Positions 9,340 to 17,777 of a stretch of DNA of 63,058 nt are shown piece by piece. The notes below the pieces were generated by a model. That model worked only from the letters and a program-made list of their open reading frames with translations, ran no database searches and had not been told where the DNA came from. Position 1 is the stretch's first letter. Every line of letters starts with the position of its first letter. The stretch is from a virus (Duplodnaviria; Caudoviricetes): positions 1-63,058 of IMG/VR virus record IMGVR_UViG_3300048998_000312; one strand, 5' to 3'. The translations under genes and the position numbers were made by a program.

Positions 9340-9506
9340 TGCACGTGCTCCTTCTTTGCAGCCCACTCGATCGCTTCGTTCGCGAGCGCCGGCCTCTGCC
9401 AGCCCTCGGCCACCTCGACACGCGCGCGGAACTCGGGGTCCGCCTTCGCGCGCAGCATCACGACAGCGTGAAAGGCGGCCCAACGTGGGAGGGCGGCGCG
9501 GCTCAC
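9336..9506 (-). CDS. Hypothetical protein
   Basis: Overlaps at both ends. Confidence 0.5.
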   Translation of the reverse strand: MSRAALPRWAAFHAVVMLRAKADPEFRARVEVAEGWQRPALANEAIEWAAKKEHVQ

Positions 9507-9835
9507 TCGGAAAGCTCCGCGAGGGCTTCCCACGCAGCGCCCTCATTGTCCGGCGTGTGATCGCTCTCGAGGTCGTCCCACGCGACCTCGATGGCCGCGC
9601 GGAGAGCCTCCTCGAACGTTCGACCGCTGCCCGACGCCAGGCTTTCGGATTCCCGAAGTGAGGAATCGAAGACGCGTATACCGACGCGGACACCGCCTTT
9701 CGTCTCGTCGACGTTCAAGTCGTACGGTGCGCGGCCAGTGCGGACCCGCGCCGTGACGGTTAGCGCGCGGTGCACGCCGTTCGGCGATTCGAGCCGCGTG
9801 CTGATGCGGTCGTGGAGTCGGCGAAAGACGCTCAC
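9503..9835 (-). CDS. Hypothetical protein
   Basis: GGAGG RBS, GTG start. Confidence 0.6.
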   Translation of the reverse strand: MSVFRRLHDRISTRLESPNGVHRALTVTARVRTGRAPYDLNVDETKGGVRVGIRVFDSSLRESESLASGSGRTFEEALRAAIEVAWDDLESDHTPDNEGAAWEALAELSE

Positions 9836-10056
9836 TTCACCCTCCGCACGACGCAGCCTTTGACCTCGACGCCGTCGCCAACGCCTTTCTGCGCGAGCGC
9901 GCGCACCTGCTCGGGCGTCGCTTCGCTCGAGACCTGGTCGAGCGTGAAGCTCTCGCCCTCGCATCCGCCTTCGACGACGAAGCGGCGCTGCGTGAGGCTG
10001 ATCTCGGCCGGCGCGGGAATCGTGCTCGCGTGGGCAATGCGAAGTGCGTCGTTCAT
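9832..10056 (-). CDS. Hypothetical protein
   Basis: GGAGG RBS, coupled ORF. Confidence 0.6.
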   Translation of the reverse strand: MNDALRIAHASTIPAPAEISLTQRRFVVEGGCEGESFTLDQVSSEATPEQVRALAQKGVGDGVEVKGCVVRRVK

Positions 10057-10202
10057 GGGACCTCCGGAAGATGAGCGGGGCGGGGGAATCGAAGGACGAC
10101 GCCGCCGGTGATCTCCGCGAGATACGAACCGGCGAGCGTCCAGAGCATCGAGGGCGTGACGGGCGCGACCGTCGTCGGCCGACTGGTGGGCGGGAGCGAC
10201 AT
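10053..10202 (-). CDS. Hypothetical small protein
   Basis: Fills the gap with overlaps at both ends. Confidence 0.45.
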   Translation of the reverse strand: MSLPPTSRPTTVAPVTPSMLWTLAGSYLAEITGGVVLRFPRPAHLPEVP

Positions 10203-10396
10203 CACGCGACCTTCATCGCGGCACGCTGACGGCGCGCCTTGCGCACGCCCGGCTTGGCGACGTAGCCGTTGAGCGGCCGTTCCTTGCGGTGCTCGCTGCA
10301 TTCCGAGAATCCAAAGTTCCCCGCGCCGCAGTCGTGTCCGCATTGCGAGCAGAAGACCGACGCGAAGCGCATCGGCCGGATATCGCGGGCGTTCAC
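10202..10396 (-). CDS. Hypothetical Zn-ribbon protein
   Basis: CSQCG..CSEH. Confidence 0.6.
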   Translation of the reverse strand: MNARDIRPMRFASVFCSQCGHDCGAGNFGFSECSEHRKERPLNGYVAKPGVRKARRQRAAMKVA

Positions 10397-10680
10397 GAGG
10401 CCACCCGCACGACGACAGCGGCCGGCGGCGGCTCACTCTTACGAAGCCCGGGACCCGTCGGCGCGTCGTCCTCGTCGTTCGCGAGGAAGCTCTCGGGAAC
10501 GACGCGGCCGCCGTCGCAGAGCTCGCACGTCTTCGTCGTGTAGGACGGCTCACAGTCGCCGAGGCCGCGGCCGTAGCGATGAATGCCACTCTCGACCTCG
10601 TGAAAACCCTCGCCCGCGCACTCGGGGCACCAGACGTGATTCGCGGGGAGCGTCGGGGCGGTGCGGCGTCGCGTCGTCAT
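10393..10680 (-). CDS. First early-left gene, DnaJ-type Zn-finger-like
   Basis: CPECAGEG..CELCDGGR. Confidence 0.65.
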   Translation of the reverse strand: MTTRRRTAPTLPANHVWCPECAGEGFHEVESGIHRYGRGLGDCEPSYTTKTCELCDGGRVVPESFLANDEDDAPTGPGLRKSEPPPAAVVVRVAS

Positions 10681-10714
10681 GAGGTCATTATGCGCGCGCC
10701 GATATCGTCAGCAA
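10681..10714 (-). promoter_or_regulatory. PL-like promoter with operator in spacer
   Basis: Minus strand TTGCTG-16nt-CATAAT-6nt-ATG; 20 bp identical to the PR region. Confidence 0.7.
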
Positions 10715-10945
10715 CTCTAAAGTATGTGCACGCCGATAATCGTGCGCATGGCATGATGAATCATGCGTGCTGGTGCGAGCACGCATGCAAACGAAGCGAA
10801 ATTATGGGCGACGACGCTGACGCCTACTCGTTGCGTCGCGTCAAGTTAGTGACGTGCGCCCGCGTAAGTAACGCGCCTACCAATTCTGCAATCCGCAATA
10901 TTGCGGACTCGCAACGCACGTACGGTGTGCGCTACGTAAGCGCCA

Positions 10946-11149
10946 ATGATGGCGTTGAGCACTAAGCCCGGCATCGCGCGAATCCCTGCGTCCGCAGCCG
11001 AGGCGGCTCGGCGATTAAGCGAACAGTACGAGGCGGGTCTCCGCGCTGCCGCACGCGATTACGACGCACCCGGGCTTCTGGAAACGGCTAATGCGGCATC
11101 ACGCGCCGCGCAGCGATTCGCCGAAATTCAGGCTGATTCGGACGCCTAG
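10946..11149 (+). CDS. Small hypothetical protein convergent with repressor
   Basis: 67 aa helical ORF; its stop abuts the repressor stop. Confidence 0.45.
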   Translation: MMALSTKPGIARIPASAAEAARRLSEQYEAGLRAAARDYDAPGLLETANAASRAAQRFAEIQADSDA

Positions 11150-11677
11150 TCAGCGCTTTCGGGGACGCGAGCTCGGAGGTGGCGGGAGCGAGTTGTCGAA
11201 GTCATCGGCGGACCGCTTCGCCGCGCCGATAAGTTTGGTCGCCTTCGCCGCGCGCCGACTTCGAAGGAATTCGAGATAGGCCGCCTTCATTCGCGTCCAG
11301 AGGTCGTCGGCGGTTTCCTCTTCATCGCGCGGCGGGCGCCAATTCTCGAGAAACTCGCCGTCGAAGCCTTGAGCGAAGCCCATACGCATAACGGCGTCCC
11401 ATCGAACGTTCCGCTCCGACGCTTCCTCGTCTGATTCGCCCGCTTCATCGGCGCCGTCGATAATGGACGAGATCTGAATGCCTGCGAGGCGCGCGACGCG
11501 TCGTGCGGTGGCGTAGCTCGATCCCTGCCGCTCGCTTAGAAAGCCAGAGATCGTCGACTGTTTCATGCCGAGTCGGTCGGCGAGCTCGACTTGGGTCACA
11601 TCGAGCGTCACCAAGAGACGACGTACGACAGCGCGCAGGCGTTCGTTCTCGTCGGGGCTCAGCATCGATCCAGCCAT
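11150..11677 (-). CDS. CI-like XRE HTH repressor
   Basis: TQVELADRLGMKQSTISGFL HTH, divergent from Cro-like gene; no S24 peptidase domain seen. Confidence 0.85.
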   Translation of the reverse strand: MAGSMLSPDENERLRAVVRRLLVTLDVTQVELADRLGMKQSTISGFLSERQGSSYATARRVARLAGIQISSIIDGADEAGESDEEASERNVRWDAVMRMGFAQGFDGEFLENWRPPRDEEETADDLWTRMKAAYLEFLRSRRAAKATKLIGAAKRSADDFDNSLPPPPSSRPRKR

Positions 11678-11737
11678 GCCGAGCGACGTAACACTCGATG
11701 ATTTGCGAAAGCCGATATTCGTGTACGAGCATTAGGC

Positions 11738-11772
11738 TTGCACCGATATCGGCGCGCGCATAACGTTAGACC
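11738..11772 (+). promoter_or_regulatory. PR-like promoter with operator in spacer
   Basis: TTGCAC-17nt-TAACGT-6nt-ATG. Confidence 0.75.
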
Positions 11773-12078
11773 ATGAAGAGGAATCGAGGGGGGCTCCTCG
11801 TAGCCGATTGGCTGCGAGGGCGGACCGAGGACGATCCCCGTACTCAGGTAGCACTCGCGGCTCGGGTCAGCGCTCGAGTCGGCCGCCGCGTCAGCCAATC
11901 GACGATCAGCGCTATCGCTCACTGCGAGAGCGTCCCGCGCGGCGATCTGATTGTCGCGCTGCACCTCGAGCTCGGCATCCCCGTCGACGCTTGGTTCGTC
12001 GCCGTTATCGACGAATCCAGCACCGATATCGCCGTCAATGCGCACGCCGATGCCCTGGACAAGGCGAGCGGCGAATAG
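11773..12078 (+). CDS. Cro-like HTH regulator
   Basis: TQVALAARV..VSQSTISAIA..P..LGIPVDAW. Confidence 0.8.
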   Translation: MKRNRGGLLVADWLRGRTEDDPRTQVALAARVSARVGRRVSQSTISAIAHCESVPRGDLIVALHLELGIPVDAWFVAVIDESSTDIAVNAHADALDKASGE

Positions 12079-12248
12079 GGCGGTGGGCAGGTTCGAGTGC
12101 GGCGTCACGTCTGGTGCGGGCCGCTAAGTGCGGCAGTTCGTTCCCGCCCCTCGCGCTCTAGCTAGCCGCTGAAGCCCCCTCTCGCAACCGGCGCGTGCGC
12201 GCGCCCTCGAGACGAACGCGCCGTTCGCGGCGCGAAGGAGGAGATCGC

Positions 12249-12941
12249 ATGAGCGACATCGTTCCGTTTCAGTTTCACGAAGACCGACTCGACACCGTCG
12301 TCGGGCCGGAAGGCCGCGGGGTCACCCTCGCGTCGTTGTGCGCACCATTCGGACTCGACCCGGAATGGCAACGACAGAAGCTCGTAAAGGCAGAATGGGC
12401 AACCACCTTGAAATTCAAGGCGGTTGCCGAAGACGGCAAAACTCGCGAAATCGTCTGTCTCGATCTCCGCTCCATCAGCGGCTGGCTCTTCACGCTCCAG
12501 ACGAAGACGCTCGCCCCGGACGTCCGCGCGAAGCTCGTCATGTACCAACGCGAGTGCGCCGACGTCCTCGCTGATCACTTCCTCGGCAAGCGCGGTGAGC
12601 CCAAACATCGATTCGCGGAATCCGCCGAGACGTTCGCCCAGCAGAGCGCGCGCGTGGTCGACGATCCGCTCGTTCGGATGCGCCTTGGGCTCGCCATTCG
12701 CCGAGTCGCGAATGCCAAAAAGCTGACGTGGCACGCCGTCGAAGGCTTCGTGCGAACGACGACGTTCTCGTCGGGCTGGCTTCACGTCGCGCTTTTTAGC
12801 GTCCCGCGCGTCATCGACCTCCTCGAGGCGATCGAGAGCGGGCTAGTCGATATGCCGCGCCGCCGCCCTCGCAAGGCGACGCCGAAGATCCTGCCCAGCA
12901 ACGTCCGCCAGCTCGCGCTCTTCCGCGGCGGCCGGGCATGA
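12249..12941 (+). CDS. ant: Antirepressor (P22 Ant N-terminal domain)
   Basis: LC..FGLD..QRQKL..DGKTREIVCLDL..GWLF..YQRECADVLADHF. Confidence 0.88.
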   Translation: MSDIVPFQFHEDRLDTVVGPEGRGVTLASLCAPFGLDPEWQRQKLVKAEWATTLKFKAVAEDGKTREIVCLDLRSISGWLFTLQTKTLAPDVRAKLVMYQRECADVLADHFLGKRGEPKHRFAESAETFAQQSARVVDDPLVRMRLGLAIRRVANAKKLTWHAVEGFVRTTTFSSGWLHVALFSVPRVIDLLEAIESGLVDMPRRRPRKATPKILPSNVRQLALFRGGRA

Positions 12942-12946
12942 CGCCC

Positions 12947-13168
12947 TCACATCTTCGACTTCAGTTCGGCGAGCTCAATTCCGAAGTGTCGACAGACACC
13001 GCGCAGGTAGACATCGCCGATCTCGCTCTTCGGCCCGTTATGGGCGGGAATTGGATAGACGCCGAATCCTTCTTTTCGCGCCTTCCAGTGCGAGCCGGCG
13101 GACGGCATATCGACATCGATTCCGAACGAGGCGAGAGCGCGCGCGAGGTCGCGCAAACGGGCGGGCAT
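12947..13168 (-). CDS. hicA: HicA-family toxin
   Basis: 73 aa, GSH motif, PIPAH..EIG..LRGV. Confidence 0.8.
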   Translation of the reverse strand: MPARLRDLARALASFGIDVDMPSAGSHWKARKEGFGVYPIPAHNGPKSEIGDVYLRGVCRHFGIELAELKSKM

Positions 13169-13171
13169 CGA

Positions 13172-13573
13172 TCAGGAATGGACGGCTGCGACGCCGGGCC
13201 ACGCGAGGCGCAATGCGGGCTTGGGACGCAGCGGCGGGTCGCTCACGGGCACCATCTGCACGTCGACGACAGCAACAAATGCGTTCTCGGCATCGACATC
13301 GGTCTTCGGGCGTTCGCGCGCGGCCTGGACGACTTCGAACAGCGCATCCCATTCGGCGCCGGGGGCACGTCGTCGATCGCGCGGATCGCGCCCCGTGGAC
13401 AGATCCTCTTCGGCCACGATCGCGATCGCCTCTGCGAGCATCTCGAACGCGTGCTGGGCCGAATTGCCCTGAGTCACGACGTCGATATCGAGGCAGTGGC
13501 CGACCCACTGCCCCGGCACATCGTCTGCCGGCCGCACCACGATCCACACGGTGAACAGGCGCGGCTCGGTCAT
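13172..13573 (-). CDS. hicB: HicB-family antitoxin
   Basis: WVGHCLDIDVVTQGNSAQHAFEMLAEAI, HicB N-terminal pattern. Confidence 0.8.
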   Translation of the reverse strand: MTEPRLFTVWIVVRPADDVPGQWVGHCLDIDVVTQGNSAQHAFEMLAEAIAIVAEEDLSTGRDPRDRRRAPGAEWDALFEVVQAARERPKTDVDAENAFVAVVDVQMVPVSDPPLRPKPALRLAWPGVAAVHS

Positions 13574-13706
13574 CGAGTCAAGCGTAGCTCGCGCTCCCGC
13601 CTGCGGCCACTTCCCGCCCTTTCGGCGCCTTGACGTTGCTTTCCATTCCCCGCGCCGAGCCGTCGGCGGCGCGCGTTCCTTTCTCTCACCGAGACGGAGA
13701 TATCCA

Positions 13707-14447
13707 ATGAACGAAGAACAGATCGATTCGTTTGCTTCGGACGACGACGACACACCGCCGCGCGCCTTCACGAGCGACGAAGAGCGCGAGGCGATGGCAA
13801 ACGCGAAGGGCGAGGCGGGCGAACAGGCCGCGAGTGAAGGCGCGATCGCAGCAGCGGCGACGGAGCCGACGCAAACATCCTGGGGCGACGTCATCGAAGC
13901 GAGCGCGGCCGAGGAGGAGAAAAAGCGCCCGAAGAAGCGCGAGAAGACCGTCCTCATCGCGGGCGTGAAGCACGTTCTCCAGAAGGACGAGCGCACCGAC
14001 GTTCTCTTCAAAGACGTCGAGCTTTCGAGCGCCGAGTTCATGGTCCACGGCCGACGCCTCGCGAATCTCGGTCACGAGATCACCGCCGCCGAGGAGGAGC
14101 TGCGGTCCGAATCCAAGGTGAAGCGCGGCAAGATTGAGGAGAAGAAGCAGGAGCGGAAGAAGATCGAGGACGTGCTCTCGCGTGGGAAAGAGCCGCGTCA
14201 GGTCGAATGCGCGGTCATTCGCGATGATCGGCTGGGCGAGATGGTTTGGAAGTCGCTCGAGACGGGCGAGGTCGTCGATCGCCAGCCGATGGACTACGCA
14301 CAACGGCAGATGGGGCTGCCCGAGCCCGATCCGGATTCGACGGACATCGTTCCGCCCGCGGCCGTCGTTGCTGCGGCGGAGAAGGAAGGCCGCGTTCGGC
14401 GTGGCCGGAAGAAGAAGGGCGAGGCGAACGGGGCAGTAGCGCCGTGA
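13707..14447 (+). CDS. Hypothetical acidic/coiled-coil protein
   Basis: GGAG RBS, genome-typical codon use. Confidence 0.8.
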   Translation: MNEEQIDSFASDDDDTPPRAFTSDEEREAMANAKGEAGEQAASEGAIAAAATEPTQTSWGDVIEASAAEEEKKRPKKREKTVLIAGVKHVLQKDERTDVLFKDVELSSAEFMVHGRRLANLGHEITAAEEELRSESKVKRGKIEEKKQERKKIEDVLSRGKEPRQVECAVIRDDRLGEMVWKSLETGEVVDRQPMDYAQRQMGLPEPDPDSTDIVPPAAVVAAAEKEGRVRRGRKKKGEANGAVAP

Positions 14448-14746
14448 GCGCAATTCCCCTCCGCGACACCGTCGCCGCGGCCTCTCCGCAATGCACGACT
14501 CTCGACGCCCTCGAGCTCGAAGAGACGCTCGCGCGCGTCACGAAGCTTCGTCACGTCGAGCGCACGATCCTCGAGCTTCTGCGCATGACGGACGACGATT
14601 GCGATCTCGAATCGTCCGACATCCTGATGCAAGCGCTCTCGGCCGCGTCGAACTTCGCGATGCGCCGGGCGCTGCTCGATCAAGGCGGCTTCCTCGAGCT
14701 TGCGCAAGCGGCGTTCGATGACGCCGAAGCCGAGGCGACAGGATGA
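14444..14746 (+). CDS. Hypothetical protein
   Basis: Overlaps at both ends. Confidence 0.65.
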   Translation: MSAIPLRDTVAAASPQCTTLDALELEETLARVTKLRHVERTILELLRMTDDDCDLESSDILMQALSAASNFAMRRALLDQGGFLELAQAAFDDAEAEATG

Positions 14747-14876
14747 TCCGTCGCGTAGTTGCCGTGCTCGCGGGCTGGCTTCGCGCCCGTCGGCGAGCGC
14801 GGCGCTTCGCGGCGGCCGAGCGCCAGCGTCGTCGTCGCTACGAGCGGCGGCTGTCGTTCGTGCTCGCGGGGCGGCC

Positions 14877-15065
14877 GTGATCCTCCGGATCGTGCCGTGC
14901 GAATGCCTCTTTTGTGGAGGCCGAACCGATTGGGCAATTCGCCCGGATGACGCGCTGACCGAGTTCCTTAGCGACGCACCCTGCGCCCATTGCGCGAGCG
15001 TCGACGGACTCGAGCCGATCGATATCGACGAAGCCACCGCCGCCCTCGAAGCCGCGCGCGCGTAG
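14877..15065 (+). CDS. Hypothetical Zn-ribbon protein
   Basis: CLFCG..CAHC. Confidence 0.55.
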   Translation: MILRIVPCECLFCGGRTDWAIRPDDALTEFLSDAPCAHCASVDGLEPIDIDEATAALEAARA

Positions 15066-15140
15066 CCGCCGCTTCCCCTCCCATTCCCAACGTTCACCCC
15101 TTCGCGGGCGGCACGCCGTCGTTCGCCTTGGAGATATCGA

Positions 15141-15362
15141 ATGAGCAAATCGAATTTCGCTGTCGCGCTGGCGACACGGCCAGAGGTGATCATTCTCACG
15201 CGCCGCTCCTCGCGCCCGAAAGCGCCGGTAGTCGAGCCTCCGAAGCCGCCTAGGTGGCAGGGGCTTCGCGGGGCGATCGCGGGAGAGTTTCGCTCGAAGG
15301 GGCGAGTTTTCAGCGACGACGAAATGACCTCGGCCCGCGGTGAGAGACGGGTGACGCGATGA
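15141..15362 (+). CDS. Hypothetical protein
   Basis: GGAG RBS, ATGA overlap. Confidence 0.55.
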   Translation: MSKSNFAVALATRPEVIILTRRSSRPKAPVVEPPKPPRWQGLRGAIAGEFRSKGRVFSDDEMTSARGERRVTR

Positions 15363-15685
15363 CGCTCGCCTTCTTCTTTGACGGGACGAACACGGTGATT
15401 GCGCGCGACGTCGAGGACGCGAAGCTCGTCTACGCAGAAGGCGTCGGCGAGGAATGGACCGAGGACGCCGGCGAGCACGGCGAATGGCGCCATGGCTCGT
15501 GGAGCGGCGTCGCACCTGTCCTCGTCTCGTGCAGGTTCGAGTCTTGGGAAGACGTGCCGTCCTACGCGCGCACGCCACCCCTTTCGCGAGAGGTCGCCGG
15601 CGGTCACGCGGTTACCGTCTTTTTGCCGCCCGAAGAATGGATCGCGGGCCACGGCCGCGGCTACTTCGGATCGACGGAGGCGTGA
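15359..15685 (+). CDS. Hypothetical protein
   Basis: Coupled ORF. Confidence 0.7.
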   Translation: MTLAFFFDGTNTVIARDVEDAKLVYAEGVGEEWTEDAGEHGEWRHGSWSGVAPVLVSCRFESWEDVPSYARTPPLSREVAGGHAVTVFLPPEEWIAGHGRGYFGSTEA

Positions 15686-15687
15686 CG

Positions 15688-15996
15688 ATGAACTTCGCCG
15701 CCGCCATCGCGCTCACGATCCGTCGCAAGCGCGCCCCGGGCCGTCCGCACTCGTTGTGCAATCTCCTCGACCTCACCCTCGGCCGCCTCACCGTCGTGGC
15801 ATTCGCGGGTCGTAATTCGAAGTCGCGCGCGTTCTGGGTTTGCCGGTGCGCGTGCGGCCGCGTGAAGCGCATCGACCACGGATCGCTCGTCAAGGCGCAT
15901 CGCACCGGCCGCGGCGTTCGGTCGTGCGGCTGCGCGCGCTTCGAGCTTGCCCGGGAGACGAGGGCAGCGCGGCGTGCGGCGGAGGTGGCAGCATGA
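15688..15996 (+). CDS. CxCG..SCGC module protein (N-terminal part of an HNH family)
   Basis: GRLTVV..WVCRCACG..SCGC, also present in 17778-18440. Confidence 0.7.
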   Translation: MNFAAAIALTIRRKRAPGRPHSLCNLLDLTLGRLTVVAFAGRNSKSRAFWVCRCACGRVKRIDHGSLVKAHRTGRGVRSCGCARFELARETRAARRAAEVAA

Positions 15997-17159
15997 GCGC
16001 GTCACCGTCGCACGAGACCACGCTCTCCCCGGAAGAACGCCGTGATCACGGCGTGCACTACACGCCGGAAGCGATGGCGGCAGAAGTCGTCACGCACACG
16101 CTCGATCGGCTCTTCGTCGAGCATGCCGCAACATCGAACTTCATTCGCTCACTTCGCGTGGGGGATATGGCCGCGGGTGGCGGCGTCTTCCTCATCGAGA
16201 CCGTCCGCTACCTCGCCGAGAAGCTCGTCGCGGCCTGGGAGCGAGAGGGCGTGACGGGCACCGCGCGCGAGGACTGGCCCGCTCTGGCGCGGCACGTCGT
16301 CGCCGAACAGTGCATCTTCGGTGTCGAGCGAGACCCTGACGCCGCCGCGAAGGCACGCGAAGCGGTGGCTGCGTTCGTGGGTGCAACGGTGCCGGTCCTC
16401 GGGCTCGACCACATGATCCGCGAAGGGGACGCGCTCGTCGGCCTCTCGCTCGTTCAGCTCGCCGCACTCGATTGGGTCGAGCCCAAAGGCGATGGGCTCT
16501 TGTCCCCGTGGTACGCCGAGGTCCTCGCGGCGAATTCGACGGACTCGATCCTCGCGGCCGACGTCGTCCTAAGCGCCTTCTTTGCGCACGGAAAGCCGGC
16601 GGCTCGACGGAAGGAGCTCTCGTTGCGGCGCGAGATCGTCCTCAAGGCGCTTCGCGGCGACGCGGACGCACGGGAGCGCGCCGAAGCATGGCAGGAGGAG
16701 CTGCTCGAGCGCGTCCAGCCGTTCCATTGGTGGCTGGAATTCCCGTCGCTCTTCTCGTCGCACGCGAGCGTGCCGTCTCGCGTCGATGCGTTCGTGGGCA
16801 ATCCACCTTTCGTGGGCGGCGGGAAGATCTCCTCGGTTCACGGCAACGCCTATCTCGACTGGCTTCGCGAGGCCTATCCCGGTGCCGGCGGTCGCTGCGA
16901 TCTCTGCGCGTACTTCTTCCGACGCGCGTGGGACGTCATGGGCCGCGGCGCAATGGGGCTCATTGCGACGAACACCATCAGCCAGGGCGACACGCGCGAA
17001 GGGGGGCTGCACTTCATCGTTGCGGACGGCGGTCGCATCTTTCGCGCCCACGTCAACGAACGTTGGCCCGGAGATGCGAGCGTCTGCGTGAGCACGGTTT
17101 TTCTTTCCAAGTTCGCACTCGCGCCCGACGCGCCAAGCACCCTGCGAGGTGGTCGATGA
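15993..17159 (+). CDS. Eco57I/type IIG-like adenine methyltransferase core
   Basis: GVHYTP, DMAAGGGVFL, GDAL, PFHWWLEFP, VGNPPF, DLCAYFF, GLIATNTISQGDTRE. Confidence 0.9.
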   Translation: MSASPSHETTLSPEERRDHGVHYTPEAMAAEVVTHTLDRLFVEHAATSNFIRSLRVGDMAAGGGVFLIETVRYLAEKLVAAWEREGVTGTAREDWPALARHVVAEQCIFGVERDPDAAAKAREAVAAFVGATVPVLGLDHMIREGDALVGLSLVQLAALDWVEPKGDGLLSPWYAEVLAANSTDSILAADVVLSAFFAHGKPAARRKELSLRREIVLKALRGDADARERAEAWQEELLERVQPFHWWLEFPSLFSSHASVPSRVDAFVGNPPFVGGGKISSVHGNAYLDWLREAYPGAGGRCDLCAYFFRRAWDVMGRGAMGLIATNTISQGDTREGGLHFIVADGGRIFRAHVNERWPGDASVCVSTVFLSKFALAPDAPSTLRGGR

Positions 17160-17659
17160 CCTGGGATCTCGAGCTTCTTTCGCTCGAAGTGGCGGTTGAA
17201 TTCGCGCGGATGCGTATCGGCGCATGGGACCGAATCGAAGAACAGGTTTGGACTATTCAGCAATTCGCAGCCGAAGGCGTCCGAGAAAAAGATCGTTGGT
17301 GGGCGAAGACTGCGAGAGGGCGGCTCTATTCGGCCGAATACCGTCGTGCCCACGAGGCAGCACTAAAAGCCGCGATTGTCGCCGTACGGGCGTGCGTCGC
17401 GTGCGGAAAACCGTTCGAGCTTTCGGCCTACCGAGAGCAGCGCGCGCGTGATCGCGTGTGCTCGACGCAATGCCGTGGTGCGGCGAGACGGAACATCGAG
17501 CGAGTCGTCATCGGAGGACTCTCGAAGACCCTCACCGATTGGGCGGACCACTACGGACTTCCGCTCGGAACCGTCTGGATGCGGCGTAAGCGCGGATGGG
17601 ACGTCGAGCGGGCGCTCAAGACCCCGTTGACCTTCCGCGGGGAAAGACGGGCCGCATGA
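17156..17659 (+). CDS. Zn-finger plus C-terminal HTH-like protein
   Basis: CVACGKPF..CSTQC; TLTDWA..G..RGW..RAL.TP tail. Confidence 0.7.
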   Translation: MTWDLELLSLEVAVEFARMRIGAWDRIEEQVWTIQQFAAEGVREKDRWWAKTARGRLYSAEYRRAHEAALKAAIVAVRACVACGKPFELSAYREQRARDRVCSTQCRGAARRNIERVVIGGLSKTLTDWADHYGLPLGTVWMRRKRGWDVERALKTPLTFRGERRAA

Positions 17660-17777
17660 TGGTCCGCAGCCCTCTCCGCCTCGTCGCAATCGGCGCCGCA
17701 AATCGAACTATCCGGAATTTCCTCATAGTTCGAACCGAACGATCGCGCGCTTTTACGCGCGTCGAGCGAGGTGCCCA

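Noticed and set aside
12078-12150. tRNA gene
   Set aside because: GTTCGA is near the 5' side and no cloverleaf with an anticodon arm can be built
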